Below are positions 38,815 through 47,773 of a stretch of DNA of 64,000 nucleotides, piece by piece. The notes under the pieces were generated by a model, which made no database searches, was not told where the DNA came from, and saw only the letters and a program-made list of their open reading frames with translations. The position numbers were made by a program, and so were the translations under genes. The stretch comes from a bacterium (lineage in GTDB: Bacteria > UBA10199 > 2-02-FULL-44-16 > JAAZCA01): assembly GCA_963674695.2 (NCBI GenBank), contig CAXXGI010000002.1, positions 736,001-800,000 on the forward strand, given 5' to 3'. Numbering within the stretch: position 1 is the first letter of the stretch; the number at the start of each line of letters is the position of its first letter.

Positions 38815-40083
38815 ATGCGATCGTATCTCTTCGAATGTATCGACTGTCGCAAACACTACGCGCCGGATGAAGTCGAATATGTCTGTCCTGAGTGCGCGCG
38901 CGAGCAGCAACCGATGCAGCCGCTCAAGGGCTTGCTTCGTTGCATCTACGATTATGAATCGATCGCGCGGCAGTTCGATGCGGACCTGATCGCCAAGCGC
39001 GAAGAGCTGGGGTTCGATCGTTGGATGGAACTGTTGCCGCTCGAGTCGGCCGATGCATTGCCGCCGCTCATTACCGCGGCGACACCGCTGCGGCCGGCGC
39101 CGAAGTTGGGCGATCTGCTCGGGCTCGAAGAACTCTGGCTCAAGGATGACACGGGGCTGCCGACCGGATCCTTTAAGGACCGTGCCTCCGCGCTCGTGGT
39201 CGCCTGCGCCTATGAGCGTGATCGCGAGACGGTGGCTACCGCTTCTACAGGGAACGCCGCGACCGCGCTCGCCGGACAGTGTGCCTCGATGGAGATGGAG
39301 AGTGTCATCTTCGTGCCCGAGTCCGCGCCGATGGCGAAACTCACGCAGATCGCCGTCTATGGCGGAAAGCTCATTCCCGTGCGCGGCAGCTATGACGATT
39401 GTTTCGAGCTCTCGCTTGCGGCGTGTGAACGCTTCGGGTGGTATAACCGCAACACCGCTTACAATCCTTTCACGGTCGAGGGGAAGAAGACGGCGGCGCT
39501 CGAGATTTGGGAACAGCTCGAATTCGAAACGCCCGACTGGGTGATCGTACCCACGGGCGACGGCGTGATCCTGGCAGGGATCGAAAAGGGGTTCTCCGAT
39601 CTGGCTGCCCTGGGGCTCATCGAGCGTGTGCCGCGGCTTGCGGCCGTGCAGGCCGCTGGCTGTGCGCCGATCGTGGATGCCGTCGCGTCTGGATCGACCA
39701 CCATCATTCCGGAGATGAAGCCGGAGACGGTCGCCGATTCCATCCGTGTGGGCGTTCCGCGTGCAGGGCATTGGGCGCTTCAGGCGCTCGCCTCGACAAA
39801 CGGGGTAGCGGTGGCCGTCGACGACGAGGCGATCCTCGAAGCGATCGCGCTCATCGGTCGGAGCAGTGGTGTCTTTGCCGAACCGGCAGCGGCGGCATCG
39901 ATTGCGGGGGCGCAAAAACTTGCGCAGGATGGGATCATCGCTCCCGACGAGGTCGTGGTGGCGCTCATTACGGGCAACGGTCTCAAGGATGTTCCCGCGG
40001 CGGCAAAGGCGGTTTCCTTTCCGAAACCGATCGAAGCCACTATCGAAGGCGTTCAGGATTTCATCGATCAATCCGCAAAATAA
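38815..40083 (+). CDS. thrC: Threonine synthase-like PLP enzyme
   Basis: N-terminal CxxC..CxxC, PTGSFKDRAS, ASTGNAA, EGKKTAALEI, VPTGDG, ITGNGLKD. Confidence 0.8.
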   Translation: MRSYLFECIDCRKHYAPDEVEYVCPECAREQQPMQPLKGLLRCIYDYESIARQFDADLIAKREELGFDRWMELLPLESADALPPLITAATPLRPAPKLGDLLGLEELWLKDDTGLPTGSFKDRASALVVACAYERDRETVATASTGNAATALAGQCASMEMESVIFVPESAPMAKLTQIAVYGGKLIPVRGSYDDCFELSLAACERFGWYNRNTAYNPFTVEGKKTAALEIWEQLEFETPDWVIVPTGDGVILAGIEKGFSDLAALGLIERVPRLAAVQAAGCAPIVDAVASGSTTIIPEMKPETVADSIRVGVPRAGHWALQALASTNGVAVAVDDEAILEAIALIGRSSGVFAEPAAAASIAGAQKLAQDGIIAPDEVVVALITGNGLKDVPAAAKAVSFPKPIEATIEGVQDFIDQSAK

Positions 40084-41801
40084 TTTCGTGCCAGGGTGAT
40101 TTCACCCGTAACCGCATCCATAGAGGCGGTGATCGCGCCCAGCTCAAAGCGATGCGAGAGCGTGCGGGCCTTCGGCTGGATGACGAGTGAAGAGGGAAGC
40201 GTGCGTGAGCGGCGAAGTTGTGCCTCGACGGCGCTGAGTACTGCTTCATCGCGGGTGAGTGTGGAAAGGTTTTGCCATCGCTCGCTCGAGAGGGGTTTTG
40301 CAGACCATGTTTTGATCTCGCGGCGCGTCTGGATGAGCGCCTTGCGGATGTGTCGCAGGATGCGTCCGCGTCCATCTGCGGCTCGTACCAGGATACGCTC
40401 GTCGATCTCGTTTCGTTTGATCTCGCGAACATTCTTGGTGGTGACTCCAACGGCTTTGTTGGCCTTCACGAACAACATGCCGCCGGGTTTGACCGTGTTT
40501 TCGACAAACCCTTGGCCGAGCATCGGGATCATCCGATCATTGCGCGTGCGGTGGAGCTGTGGATAGACGGTTCGCTCTCCCGCGGCGGTGGACGACTCAA
40601 CTCCCGCTCCGAACAGCGCGGTTCCTTTTCGGCGGAAGTGCGTGATGACATCTTTTGCTGATTTCAGCGTGCGGCCGTCCTCCTGCGCGGGGGAAAAGCT
40701 CAGTGCCAGTCCTCCCTGCGGCGCGCGATGGGCTTTGACAAAGGTCTGCGTCACGATGTTGCGTGCGAGCGCCTCCTCTAAAATGATCGCCCGCAGCGTG
40801 TTGGGATCGATGGGCAGTCGCCCGGCTTCAGCAAGTGCCTCCATGCCGGCAAGTATTGCGTTCACGAAATCTTCGCGGTCGACCCGTCCCGGCGGATAGT
40901 GGCGCGCGTGCTCCCACAGGATCTTGAGGGCGGTTTCATACGCCTCCTGCTCGGTCAGATAGGGGATGTCGGCGATGCGCTCTTTGACCGCCCAGAAGAA
41001 GTTGCCGTAGATCTTGCCGCGCTCATGGCATTCCGATGACGTGTTGCGATCGAAACGCGCAAACTGCGAGATGTCGCGCAGACCCGCCTCGCGATCGTTT
41101 CCCGTGAAGACATAGGAATCCTCGGCGATCTGCGGGTCATGGTGGATGAAGGCGGCCAGCGCATCGGCGAACCCCTCGTGGATGGCGTTTTGCTCGCCCT
41201 GGTACATCTGTCGTCCGTTGGGCGTTGGCGGGATGTAGTTGGCCGGATCGAGCATGTCGGGATTGCGATGATCGAGAACGAGGTGCCCGAATTCGTGCAC
41301 AAGGATGTCCCCGTCGGCGGGGGTGTCCATCTCCGGGCAGGAGCCGAAGTTGAGATCCTCGCTGTTCCGATTGTAATAGGCGTTGCAGATGGGGCCGACA
41401 TCGACGTTGACCTCGATCCGGTTCAGGTCCTTGCGTCGAAAGGTGTGAAGCATCTGCGAGGTGTTCAGGCCCAGAGCGGTCAGGTAGTCGAGCAAACTCG
41501 TGTAGGTGACGTAGGCATGCACCTGGTTGAACTGATCGCGCGTGCGATGGACATGATTTCGATTGGTGGCGCGGTGGTCGAACGGAAACTGGCGGAAGTT
41601 TCCGGCCAGCGATGTGGCGCCGTGAACCGTGATGCGTTTTCCCCGGAGTTCCTGCGCGCCGATGGGAAGGTCGATGGAGATGCCGGCGTTTCTGGTCTCG
41701 TCGAAGCCGTCGCCGTCGCGGTCGACGCCGTCGTTGGAGGAGATGAAATTGTGGCCTTCCCAGAGAATCGGGATGCGGGAATCGGTGATAGGATCGGGCA
41801 T
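40068..41801 (-). CDS. M36/M4-like zinc metallopeptidase without a signal peptide
   Basis: CNAYY, DGDILVHEFGH (HExxH), AIHEGFAD (third ligand), ECHERGKIY. Confidence 0.8.
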   Translation of the reverse strand: MPDPITDSRIPILWEGHNFISSNDGVDRDGDGFDETRNAGISIDLPIGAQELRGKRITVHGATSLAGNFRQFPFDHRATNRNHVHRTRDQFNQVHAYVTYTSLLDYLTALGLNTSQMLHTFRRKDLNRIEVNVDVGPICNAYYNRNSEDLNFGSCPEMDTPADGDILVHEFGHLVLDHRNPDMLDPANYIPPTPNGRQMYQGEQNAIHEGFADALAAFIHHDPQIAEDSYVFTGNDREAGLRDISQFARFDRNTSSECHERGKIYGNFFWAVKERIADIPYLTEQEAYETALKILWEHARHYPPGRVDREDFVNAILAGMEALAEAGRLPIDPNTLRAIILEEALARNIVTQTFVKAHRAPQGGLALSFSPAQEDGRTLKSAKDVITHFRRKGTALFGAGVESSTAAGERTVYPQLHRTRNDRMIPMLGQGFVENTVKPGGMLFVKANKAVGVTTKNVREIKRNEIDERILVRAADGRGRILRHIRKALIQTRREIKTWSAKPLSSERWQNLSTLTRDEAVLSAVEAQLRRSRTLPSSLVIQPKARTLSHRFELGAITASMDAVTGEITLARNYFAD

Positions 41802-41853
41802 GTAGAGACCCTATTATACGACGCATCGGTCTGTCAATGGTCTGTGTGTTTCG

Positions 41854-41978
41854 TTCCCCTCGCGGCGCAAAAGCCTGGGCGCCTCCCGGGGAAATCAGGC
41901 GCATCTTCACAGATGAAGCTTGTTCCAGACGCACCTGATTTCCCCTCGCGGCGCAAAGGCCTGGGCGCCTCCCGGGGA
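41854..41978 (-). repeat. Structured hairpin element, family C (copy 2) with a duplicated flank
   Basis: Reverse complement of 38707-38784 with compensatory stem changes; about 38-bp direct repeat at 41854-41891 and 41939-41978. Confidence 0.8.
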
Positions 41979-41984
41979 ATAGGT

Positions 41985-42082
41985 TGTCATCCCCGCGCAG
42001 GCGGGGATCTCGTTTTTCCATAATAAGCGAGATTCCCGCTGGAGCCTGCCCCCGAATGATTGAATCGGGGGCGGGAATGACA
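41985..42082. repeat. REP-like doublet, family A
   Basis: TGTCATCCCCGCGCAGGCGGGGATCTCG...CGAGATTCCCGC...GCGGGAATGACA. Confidence 0.8.
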
Positions 42083-42091
42083 GCATTGTTC

Positions 42092-42790
42092 TTAAAGCTC
42101 AAGCGGGATCAATCGGCAGGTGGAAAGGTCCAGGCGCAGGAGGGTGTTTTTCGGTGGCAGCGGTGTCTCGGCCAGATGCGCGATGGCCAGATGGGCCTGG
42201 AGGGAGGCGACCATCGTGACGGTGGAGGGAATGTTTCCCACGGTCGTTTCCAGGCCGGCCTCGGGCGACTGGGCCTTTGGACCGTAGACGGCATCGAGGC
42301 CTTTCCCCTCGGGGGTGATCATCATGACTTGGCCACTCAGTCCCGCGACCGCCGCATGCACCATCGGGATTTCTGCGGCGCGCGCTTTGCGCTCGAGCAG
42401 AAAGCGATCCGGAATCGAATCGAGGCAATCGCAGACGAGATCGATGTCGGTCAGAAGATCGCGGGCGTTCTTTTCGTCGAAGCGACCAGCGTAGGCTTCA
42501 ACGACGACCTCCGGATCGATGGCGCGTGCACGCTCAGCCGCGGCCAAAGCCTTATTCGTTCCGAGCGTGTCGATCGTCGCGTTGATCTGTCGATTGAGAT
42601 TGGAGGGGACAAAATCATCGAAGTCGACGATGCGCAGAAATCCCACGCCCGCGCGGGCGAGGATTTCACAGACCGTTCCGCCCAGCCCCCCGGCACCGAT
42701 GACCGCAACCCGCGCATCGTGCAAGCGCTGCTGCCCCTCTTTGCCGAGCGTACCGATGTTGCGCTCAAAGCGTTGTGGAATTTCGTTCAT
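42092..42790 (-). CDS. ThiF/MoeB/HesA-family adenylyltransferase
   Basis: VIGAGGLG, DFDDFVPSNLNRQ, DCLDS; lacks the C-terminal CxxC motifs. Confidence 0.88.
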   Translation of the reverse strand: MNEIPQRFERNIGTLGKEGQQRLHDARVAVIGAGGLGGTVCEILARAGVGFLRIVDFDDFVPSNLNRQINATIDTLGTNKALAAAERARAIDPEVVVEAYAGRFDEKNARDLLTDIDLVCDCLDSIPDRFLLERKARAAEIPMVHAAVAGLSGQVMMITPEGKGLDAVYGPKAQSPEAGLETTVGNIPSTVTMVASLQAHLAIAHLAETPLPPKNTLLRLDLSTCRLIPLEL

Positions 42791-42804
42791 GGTTTATCCT
42801 GTAT

Positions 42805-42832
42805 TGTCATCCTCGCGAAGGCGGGGATGACA
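42805..42832. repeat. Single REP-like palindrome, family A
   Basis: TGTCATCCTCGCGAAGGCGGGGATGACA. Confidence 0.7.
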
Positions 42833-42860
42833 CTTCCTTGGCTCGTCTCCCTTCGGAGAT

Positions 42861-43679
42861 TCAGATCCATCTCCAAAGCCGTTCCGTCATCTTCCGCGGA
42901 TCGTCCGGGTGTGGCTCGACGATAAACTCAAAGCCGACGCGTTCATCGGCGTAGACGCGGCGTTCCTCTATTTCGCAGATCCCCTGTTTCCAATGTGTGG
43001 GGGGGCAGCTCGGCGAAGCATCGGTGATGGCGTCCCCCCACCAGATCACGCGCGGCCAGACGGCCACCGCGCGAATCCTTCCCCCGCGACGACACCAGAA
43101 GTGGTGTTGCGCGTGCGCGGTTGTCGGGATGTGACCGGCGAACTCGACGGAGAGGAGTCGCTCGGGCGGACAGAGGAGATCGGCTTCATCGATATCGCCG
43201 ATCTCAGCGGGATTGTCGTTTTCGGGGAGCGTCGTGATCGGCGCGCCCCAGAGTTCGAGCGTCGCGGGGACGATGGCGCCATGTTTGCGCAGCAAACGAC
43301 GCTTGGCATCGGAGAGGGTCGCCAGGATATTTTCGTCGAAGGCATAGCTGCCCACCGTTTCGCAGAGGATGCAGTCGACGCGTTGGGGGAGTTTCACATC
43401 GAAGGAGAGCCCTTCGATGAAGGTGATGCGATCGGTGACGCCCTCGTCGTCGGCCAATGTGCGCGCGGTTCCCAGTGCATCGGCATCGCAGTCGATGGCG
43501 AAGACCTCTTTTGCTCCGGCCTGTGCGGCGGCGATGGCGAGCACGCCCGTTCCCGTGCCGATGTCGCAGACGGTATCGCCCGGTTGAACCGCGCGCGCGA
43601 TCGCGCGTTTGAGCGGCTCGGTGCGCTGGGGGTCGTCCACCATGTGGGCGTGGCGTGCGGTGGCATCGTTCTGATTCAT
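42861..43679 (-). CDS. PRMT-like class I SAM-dependent methyltransferase
   Basis: HAHMVDDPQRT, VCDIGTGTGVL, ILCETVGSYAFDE (double-E loop), PTHWKQ (THW loop). Confidence 0.8.
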   Translation of the reverse strand: MNQNDATARHAHMVDDPQRTEPLKRAIARAVQPGDTVCDIGTGTGVLAIAAAQAGAKEVFAIDCDADALGTARTLADDEGVTDRITFIEGLSFDVKLPQRVDCILCETVGSYAFDENILATLSDAKRRLLRKHGAIVPATLELWGAPITTLPENDNPAEIGDIDEADLLCPPERLLSVEFAGHIPTTAHAQHHFWCRRGGRIRAVAVWPRVIWWGDAITDASPSCPPTHWKQGICEIEERRVYADERVGFEFIVEPHPDDPRKMTERLWRWI

Positions 43680-43859
43680 GTGCGTCAAGCTATGCGGTTG
43701 TCTTGCGCGGGTCAACCAGGAGCGATCGAGTTGTACGATGACAACTTTAAAATGACGTTATATTTCAAGGGGTTTTGCCTTGCACTCCCCTGATGCATGA
43801 ATAAGCTTCGAGGCATCATCTTGTGAACGATCTCTTTCAACCGCAACCGATAGGAAAGG

Positions 43860-45845
43860 ATGACCGTTATGACGACAACCATGTTTGTGCCGACCGTGAC
43901 CGCGATGGGATCGATGACGTTCGAGGGAATCGATTCGCTCTCCTATGAGCTCAATTTCCTTCCCGTCGAGAATGCCGATCAGTTCTGCAGGGGAAATCCG
44001 GTTTCTCCGGAGGTAGGTGCGACGATGGCGGAGTTTGCCGCCGGGATGATGGAGGGAGACGCGGCCAACGTGCACAAGGGGGCCGAGGCTTTGCTGGCCG
44101 TTCAGGCCCAGGAGATCGACATGCTCGGGCAGAAATCCATTCCGGCACCGGCAGATGATATCGAGCCCTCCCTGTGGGAAGTCGTCTTCAAGACGCAGGA
44201 GACGATGCGCGATGCGGAGATGGTTATGCTCACCGCAAAGGGCACCGTTTCCATGACCGCCGAGGAGGTCGAGCGGATCGTCGGCGCGAGCATCGATAGG
44301 AATGTCGAAAGAGGGATGAGCGCAGGACAGGCCACCGTTGGCCTCGTCGGGACGAAGGCCGATGAAAAGCGCTTCCTCTTCCCGGATGTGAACGCCTTTC
44401 GGGAGTATTTTTCTGAGAAGGATTCCTTTCGAATTCGTGATGCGCGCGAGGATCTCTGGGGATCCGTTCTGCATCCCAGCATGTACAATGCGGCGAGCCT
44501 GCGCGAATCGATGGAGCTTCTGGCGTTTAACTCTTCGTTCAATCCGAACGAGGATGTCCGGAATCTGGCCCGTTGGGTGATCTGGGAAGGCTCCCGCATG
44601 GCGAATGCCGAGTCCGCCTCTATTCACGATGTCTATATGGACCGCGCTGCAGGGGGCTGGAGCAATCGAACCATTCCGGCCATCAACCTGCGCACGCTGA
44701 CGTTTGATACGGCCAAGACGATCTTCGAGCGGCTCGAGCGTGATAGCGGAACGGCGATCTTCGAGATCGCCAAGTCCGAGATGGGGTATACGGATCAGCC
44801 CCCGGCCGAATATGTAGCGACCGTTTTGGCCGCGGCACAGGCGGCCGGTTACAAAGGCCCGGTCTTCATCCAGGGCGATCACTTCCAGGTTTCGGCCAAG
44901 GAGTATGCGGCCGATCCGAAAAAGGCCATCGCTGACGCCAAGGTGCTCATCAAGGCGGCGATCGAGGCCGGCATGTACAACATCGACCTCGACACCTCCA
45001 CGCTCGTCGATCTGGATAAACGCACGATCAAGGAACAGCAGGAGCTCAACTATAAGGTGGCGGCGGAACTGACGGCGTTTATCCGTGCCAATGAGCCCGA
45101 GGGGATCACGATCTCGATCGGCGGCGAGATCGGCGAGATCGGCCTGGGCAACTCCACGGTCGAGGAGCTCGATGCCTTCATGGAGGGCTATACCGAGGAG
45201 CTCGCGACATATGGCGAGAATCTCATCGGTATCAGCAAGATGTCCATTCAGACCGGCTCCGCACACGGTGGTCATGTCGATGCGAATGGAAATCTCGCCA
45301 GCGAAGTCAACATCGCCTTCGACGTGATCGAAAACCTCGATGCGCGTGCTCGTGAACAGTGGGGGATCGGTGGTGTGGTGCAGCACGGCGCCTCCACGCT
45401 TCCTCAGGACCTCTTCGATAAATTTCCGCTCTACGGCGCGATGGAAGTCCACTTGGCCACCGGTTTTCAGAATACGGTTTTCGGGAGCCTCTTCTTCTCT
45501 GGCTTCCTGCACAACTGGATGAACGACTGGTTGTTGGGGCAGGGCGAAACGAAGGGGTGGCGCAAGGAGGGACAGAGCCAGGGGCAGTATCTCTACAAAT
45601 TGCGCAAGAAGGCGCTGGGTCAGTTCAAGCGTGAGATCGCCATGCTGCCGGCCTTTATGCGCGCTGGGATCCAGATGGCGCTCGAACCGCAGTTTGCCAT
45701 GCTCTTCGATAAGTTGAACGTGAAGGGGAGCGCTTCCCTCGTGCAGCGGGAATTTGGCGCGGTTCCGGAAAGGGCTCTTCCGCAGATGGGCGAGGCGGAA
45801 ACGCAGGTCGCCATCGTCGACGACGGCAATCCGAACGCCGATTGA
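43860..45845 (+). CDS. Class II fructose-bisphosphate aldolase-family protein with a ~190-aa orphan N-terminal extension
   Basis: IPAINLR, FEIAKSEMGYTDQ, QGDH, GGEIGEIG, GSAHGG, VQHGASTLP, HLATGFQN; start could be 43860, 43869 or 43881. Confidence 0.82.
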   Translation: MTVMTTTMFVPTVTAMGSMTFEGIDSLSYELNFLPVENADQFCRGNPVSPEVGATMAEFAAGMMEGDAANVHKGAEALLAVQAQEIDMLGQKSIPAPADDIEPSLWEVVFKTQETMRDAEMVMLTAKGTVSMTAEEVERIVGASIDRNVERGMSAGQATVGLVGTKADEKRFLFPDVNAFREYFSEKDSFRIRDAREDLWGSVLHPSMYNAASLRESMELLAFNSSFNPNEDVRNLARWVIWEGSRMANAESASIHDVYMDRAAGGWSNRTIPAINLRTLTFDTAKTIFERLERDSGTAIFEIAKSEMGYTDQPPAEYVATVLAAAQAAGYKGPVFIQGDHFQVSAKEYAADPKKAIADAKVLIKAAIEAGMYNIDLDTSTLVDLDKRTIKEQQELNYKVAAELTAFIRANEPEGITISIGGEIGEIGLGNSTVEELDAFMEGYTEELATYGENLIGISKMSIQTGSAHGGHVDANGNLASEVNIAFDVIENLDARAREQWGIGGVVQHGASTLPQDLFDKFPLYGAMEVHLATGFQNTVFGSLFFSGFLHNWMNDWLLGQGETKGWRKEGQSQGQYLYKLRKKALGQFKREIAMLPAFMRAGIQMALEPQFAMLFDKLNVKGSASLVQREFGAVPERALPQMGEAETQVAIVDDGNPNAD

Positions 45846-45871
45846 TGCGAATGCATGATGATAAAGAAGAA

Positions 45872-45909
45872 GGGGAGGTGGATGCGATATCCACCTCCCC
45901 CTTTTTTTT
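45872..45909 (+). terminator. Intrinsic terminator
   Basis: GGGGAGGTGGAT-gcgat-ATCCACCTCCCC followed by T8. Confidence 0.85.
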
Positions 45910-45934
45910 AGAGGTATGCGCGGGAACGAAATGT

Positions 45935-46672
45935 TTATGCGGGCTTTCTTCCCAGCAGTTTCATCACCTGCTGCATGTCCTCCCAGACCGGTTTCTTCAT
46001 GGTGCCGTTTCGCAGGAGAAATGCGGGATGATAGGTGGGCATGACGGGGATGCCCTGCCATTCGGTGAAGCGTCCGCGAAGTTTTGAGATCTTCTCCTCG
46101 GTCTGCAGAAGATTCTGTGTGGCCACGCTTCCCAGGCAGACGATCACCTTTGGTTCGATGATCTCGGCCTGCCCGATCAGAAACGGGATGCAGCTTTTGA
46201 CCTCATCCGGCTCCGGGTTGCGATTGCTCGGAGGACGGCATTTGCAGATGTTTCCAATGTAGACCTCGTCGCGCGTATAGGTCATGGCTTGAATGATGTC
46301 GGTCAGCAGCTTTCCCGCGCGGCCGACGAAGGGGATGCCCTGCTTGTCCTCATCGCGTCCCGGGGCTTCGCCGACGAAGAGGATCTCCGCATCCGGGTTG
46401 CCGACACCGAAGACAAGCTTGTTGCGCCCATCGCAGAGTTTACACCGCTTGCAGTCGCCGATCTCTGTACAGAGCGCATCGAGCGCCGCTTGTTTCTGTT
46501 CCGATGTCATCGCGTTCCTTTTGAGGGTGTCTGTTGGTTTGGTCGAATTCGTCCTTCGTCCTTCGTCCTTCGTCCCTCGTGCTTCCGAAATCGGCACTTC
46601 CGTCATTCCCAGCGTTTCGGCATATTCGAGAAGGTTGCGGACATCCCGAGCTAGTTCCTGTTTGTCGGACAT
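45935..46672 (-). CDS. Family 4 uracil-DNA glycosylase (4Fe-4S)
   Basis: CKRCKL, VGEAPGRDEDKQGIPFVGRAG, KCRPPSNRNP, TYHPAFLLR. Confidence 0.92.
   Translation of the reverse strand: MSDKQELARDVRNLLEYAETLGMTEVPISEARGTKDEGRRTNSTKPTDTLKRNAMTSEQKQAALDALCTEIGDCKRCKLCDGRNKLVFGVGNPDAEILFVGEAPGRDEDKQGIPFVGRAGKLLTDIIQAMTYTRDEVYIGNICKCRPPSNRNPEPDEVKSCIPFLIGQAEIIEPKVIVCLGSVATQNLLQTEEKISKLRGRFTEWQGIPVMPTYHPAFLLRNGTMKKPVWEDMQQVMKLLGRKPA
46548..46582. repeat. 7-mer tandem repeat (TTCGTCC)x4 plus one degenerate unit inside the UDG coding sequence
   Basis: Translates as EARGTKDEGRRT in the UDG linker. Confidence 0.75.
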
Positions 46673-46711
46673 AGAACCTCCCATTGGACTACAGATAACG
46701 CTCTCTCGTAT

Positions 46712-46782
46712 TGTCATTCCCGCGAATGCGGGAATCTCGATTGTCATGAAACATCGAGATCCCCGCCTTCGCGGGGATGACA
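46712..46782. repeat. REP-like doublet, family A
   Basis: TGTCATTCCCGCGAATGCGGGAATCTCGAT..ATCGAGATCCCCGCCTTCGCGGGGATGACA. Confidence 0.85.
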
Positions 46783-46835
46783 AAATTCAAGTTTGTTATC
46801 AATCTCGTTGCTCCAACAACGCCACAAGCTCTATA

Positions 46836-47762
46836 ATGAAGCCCATGCCGATTGTCTATGCTGCAATTTCCCTCTGTTTCCTGGTGCTTTGGCCGGCGAC
46901 CGCGCTGGCCTGGGGGCCGGGCATGCACGTCGATATCGCCTCCGAGGCGCTCGCGAGCATCGCCCTGCTCGCGCCGATCGTGCGCGAGGTGATCGAGCAA
47001 TATCCGAATGCCTTCATCTATGGGGCGGCCAGCCCCGACATCGTCGTCGGAAAAAAGTTCGCGGGCTATCAACATCATTGCCACAACTGGCATGTCGGTT
47101 CCCTCATCCTGAGTGAAGCCGAAAGCGATCTGCAACGCGCGGCGGCCTATGGATACCTGATGCACCTGGCCGCGGACGTCGTGGCGCACAACTACTATAT
47201 TCCGGTGAAATATGTGCGCAGTTATGGAGCGCGACTTCTTTCACACACCTACTGGGAGATGCGCTTCGATCTGGGAGTGAGCGAAGAGGTCTGGGCGCGT
47301 TTGGATGCAGTGACGGAAGAGGAGGTCGATCAATTCGATCGGTTGCTCGAGAGTGTTCTCAAAAAGACCCTCTTTTCCTTTTCGACGAACAAACGCATCT
47401 TCAATACGATTCTCATCCTGCAGAAGATGCGGGGTCTGCGCACGAGCCTGCGGCTCTATGCGAAGCGCTCGCGCTATGGTATCCCCGAGGAGAATCGGGA
47501 ACACTACCGGGATCTGGCTGTGGAGTCGGCGCTCGATCTGCTGAAAAATCCGACAGGGGCTCCCTGCTTGGCGATGGAGCCGATGGGGATACAGCGGATC
47601 GCCTATGCCAAGAACCTGCGGCGCCGCATCCGGGCGATGCTGATGCGCGGGATGATGACCGAGGTGCAGGCCGAGCGCTTGGTCGAACTCGTTCGCGAGC
47701 GCTTGGCCGTCGGTCTCTATCGTCCGGATTTAGCACTCCCGGATGTCGTGGATATTCTGTGA
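46836..47762 (+). CDS. Zinc-dependent phospholipase C family protein
   Basis: Signal peptide followed by WGPGMH; GAASPD, HCHNW, GYLMHLAADVVAHN, HTYWE. Confidence 0.82.
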   Translation: MKPMPIVYAAISLCFLVLWPATALAWGPGMHVDIASEALASIALLAPIVREVIEQYPNAFIYGAASPDIVVGKKFAGYQHHCHNWHVGSLILSEAESDLQRAAAYGYLMHLAADVVAHNYYIPVKYVRSYGARLLSHTYWEMRFDLGVSEEVWARLDAVTEEEVDQFDRLLESVLKKTLFSFSTNKRIFNTILILQKMRGLRTSLRLYAKRSRYGIPEENREHYRDLAVESALDLLKNPTGAPCLAMEPMGIQRIAYAKNLRRRIRAMLMRGMMTEVQAERLVELVRERLAVGLYRPDLALPDVVDIL

Positions 47763-47773
47763 GGAAGGGATTG

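Noticed and set aside
41813-41837. Perfect TTGACA and TATAAT hexamers on the minus strand before the peptidase
   Set aside because: Spacer is only 13 bp, incompatible with a sigma70 promoter using both boxes
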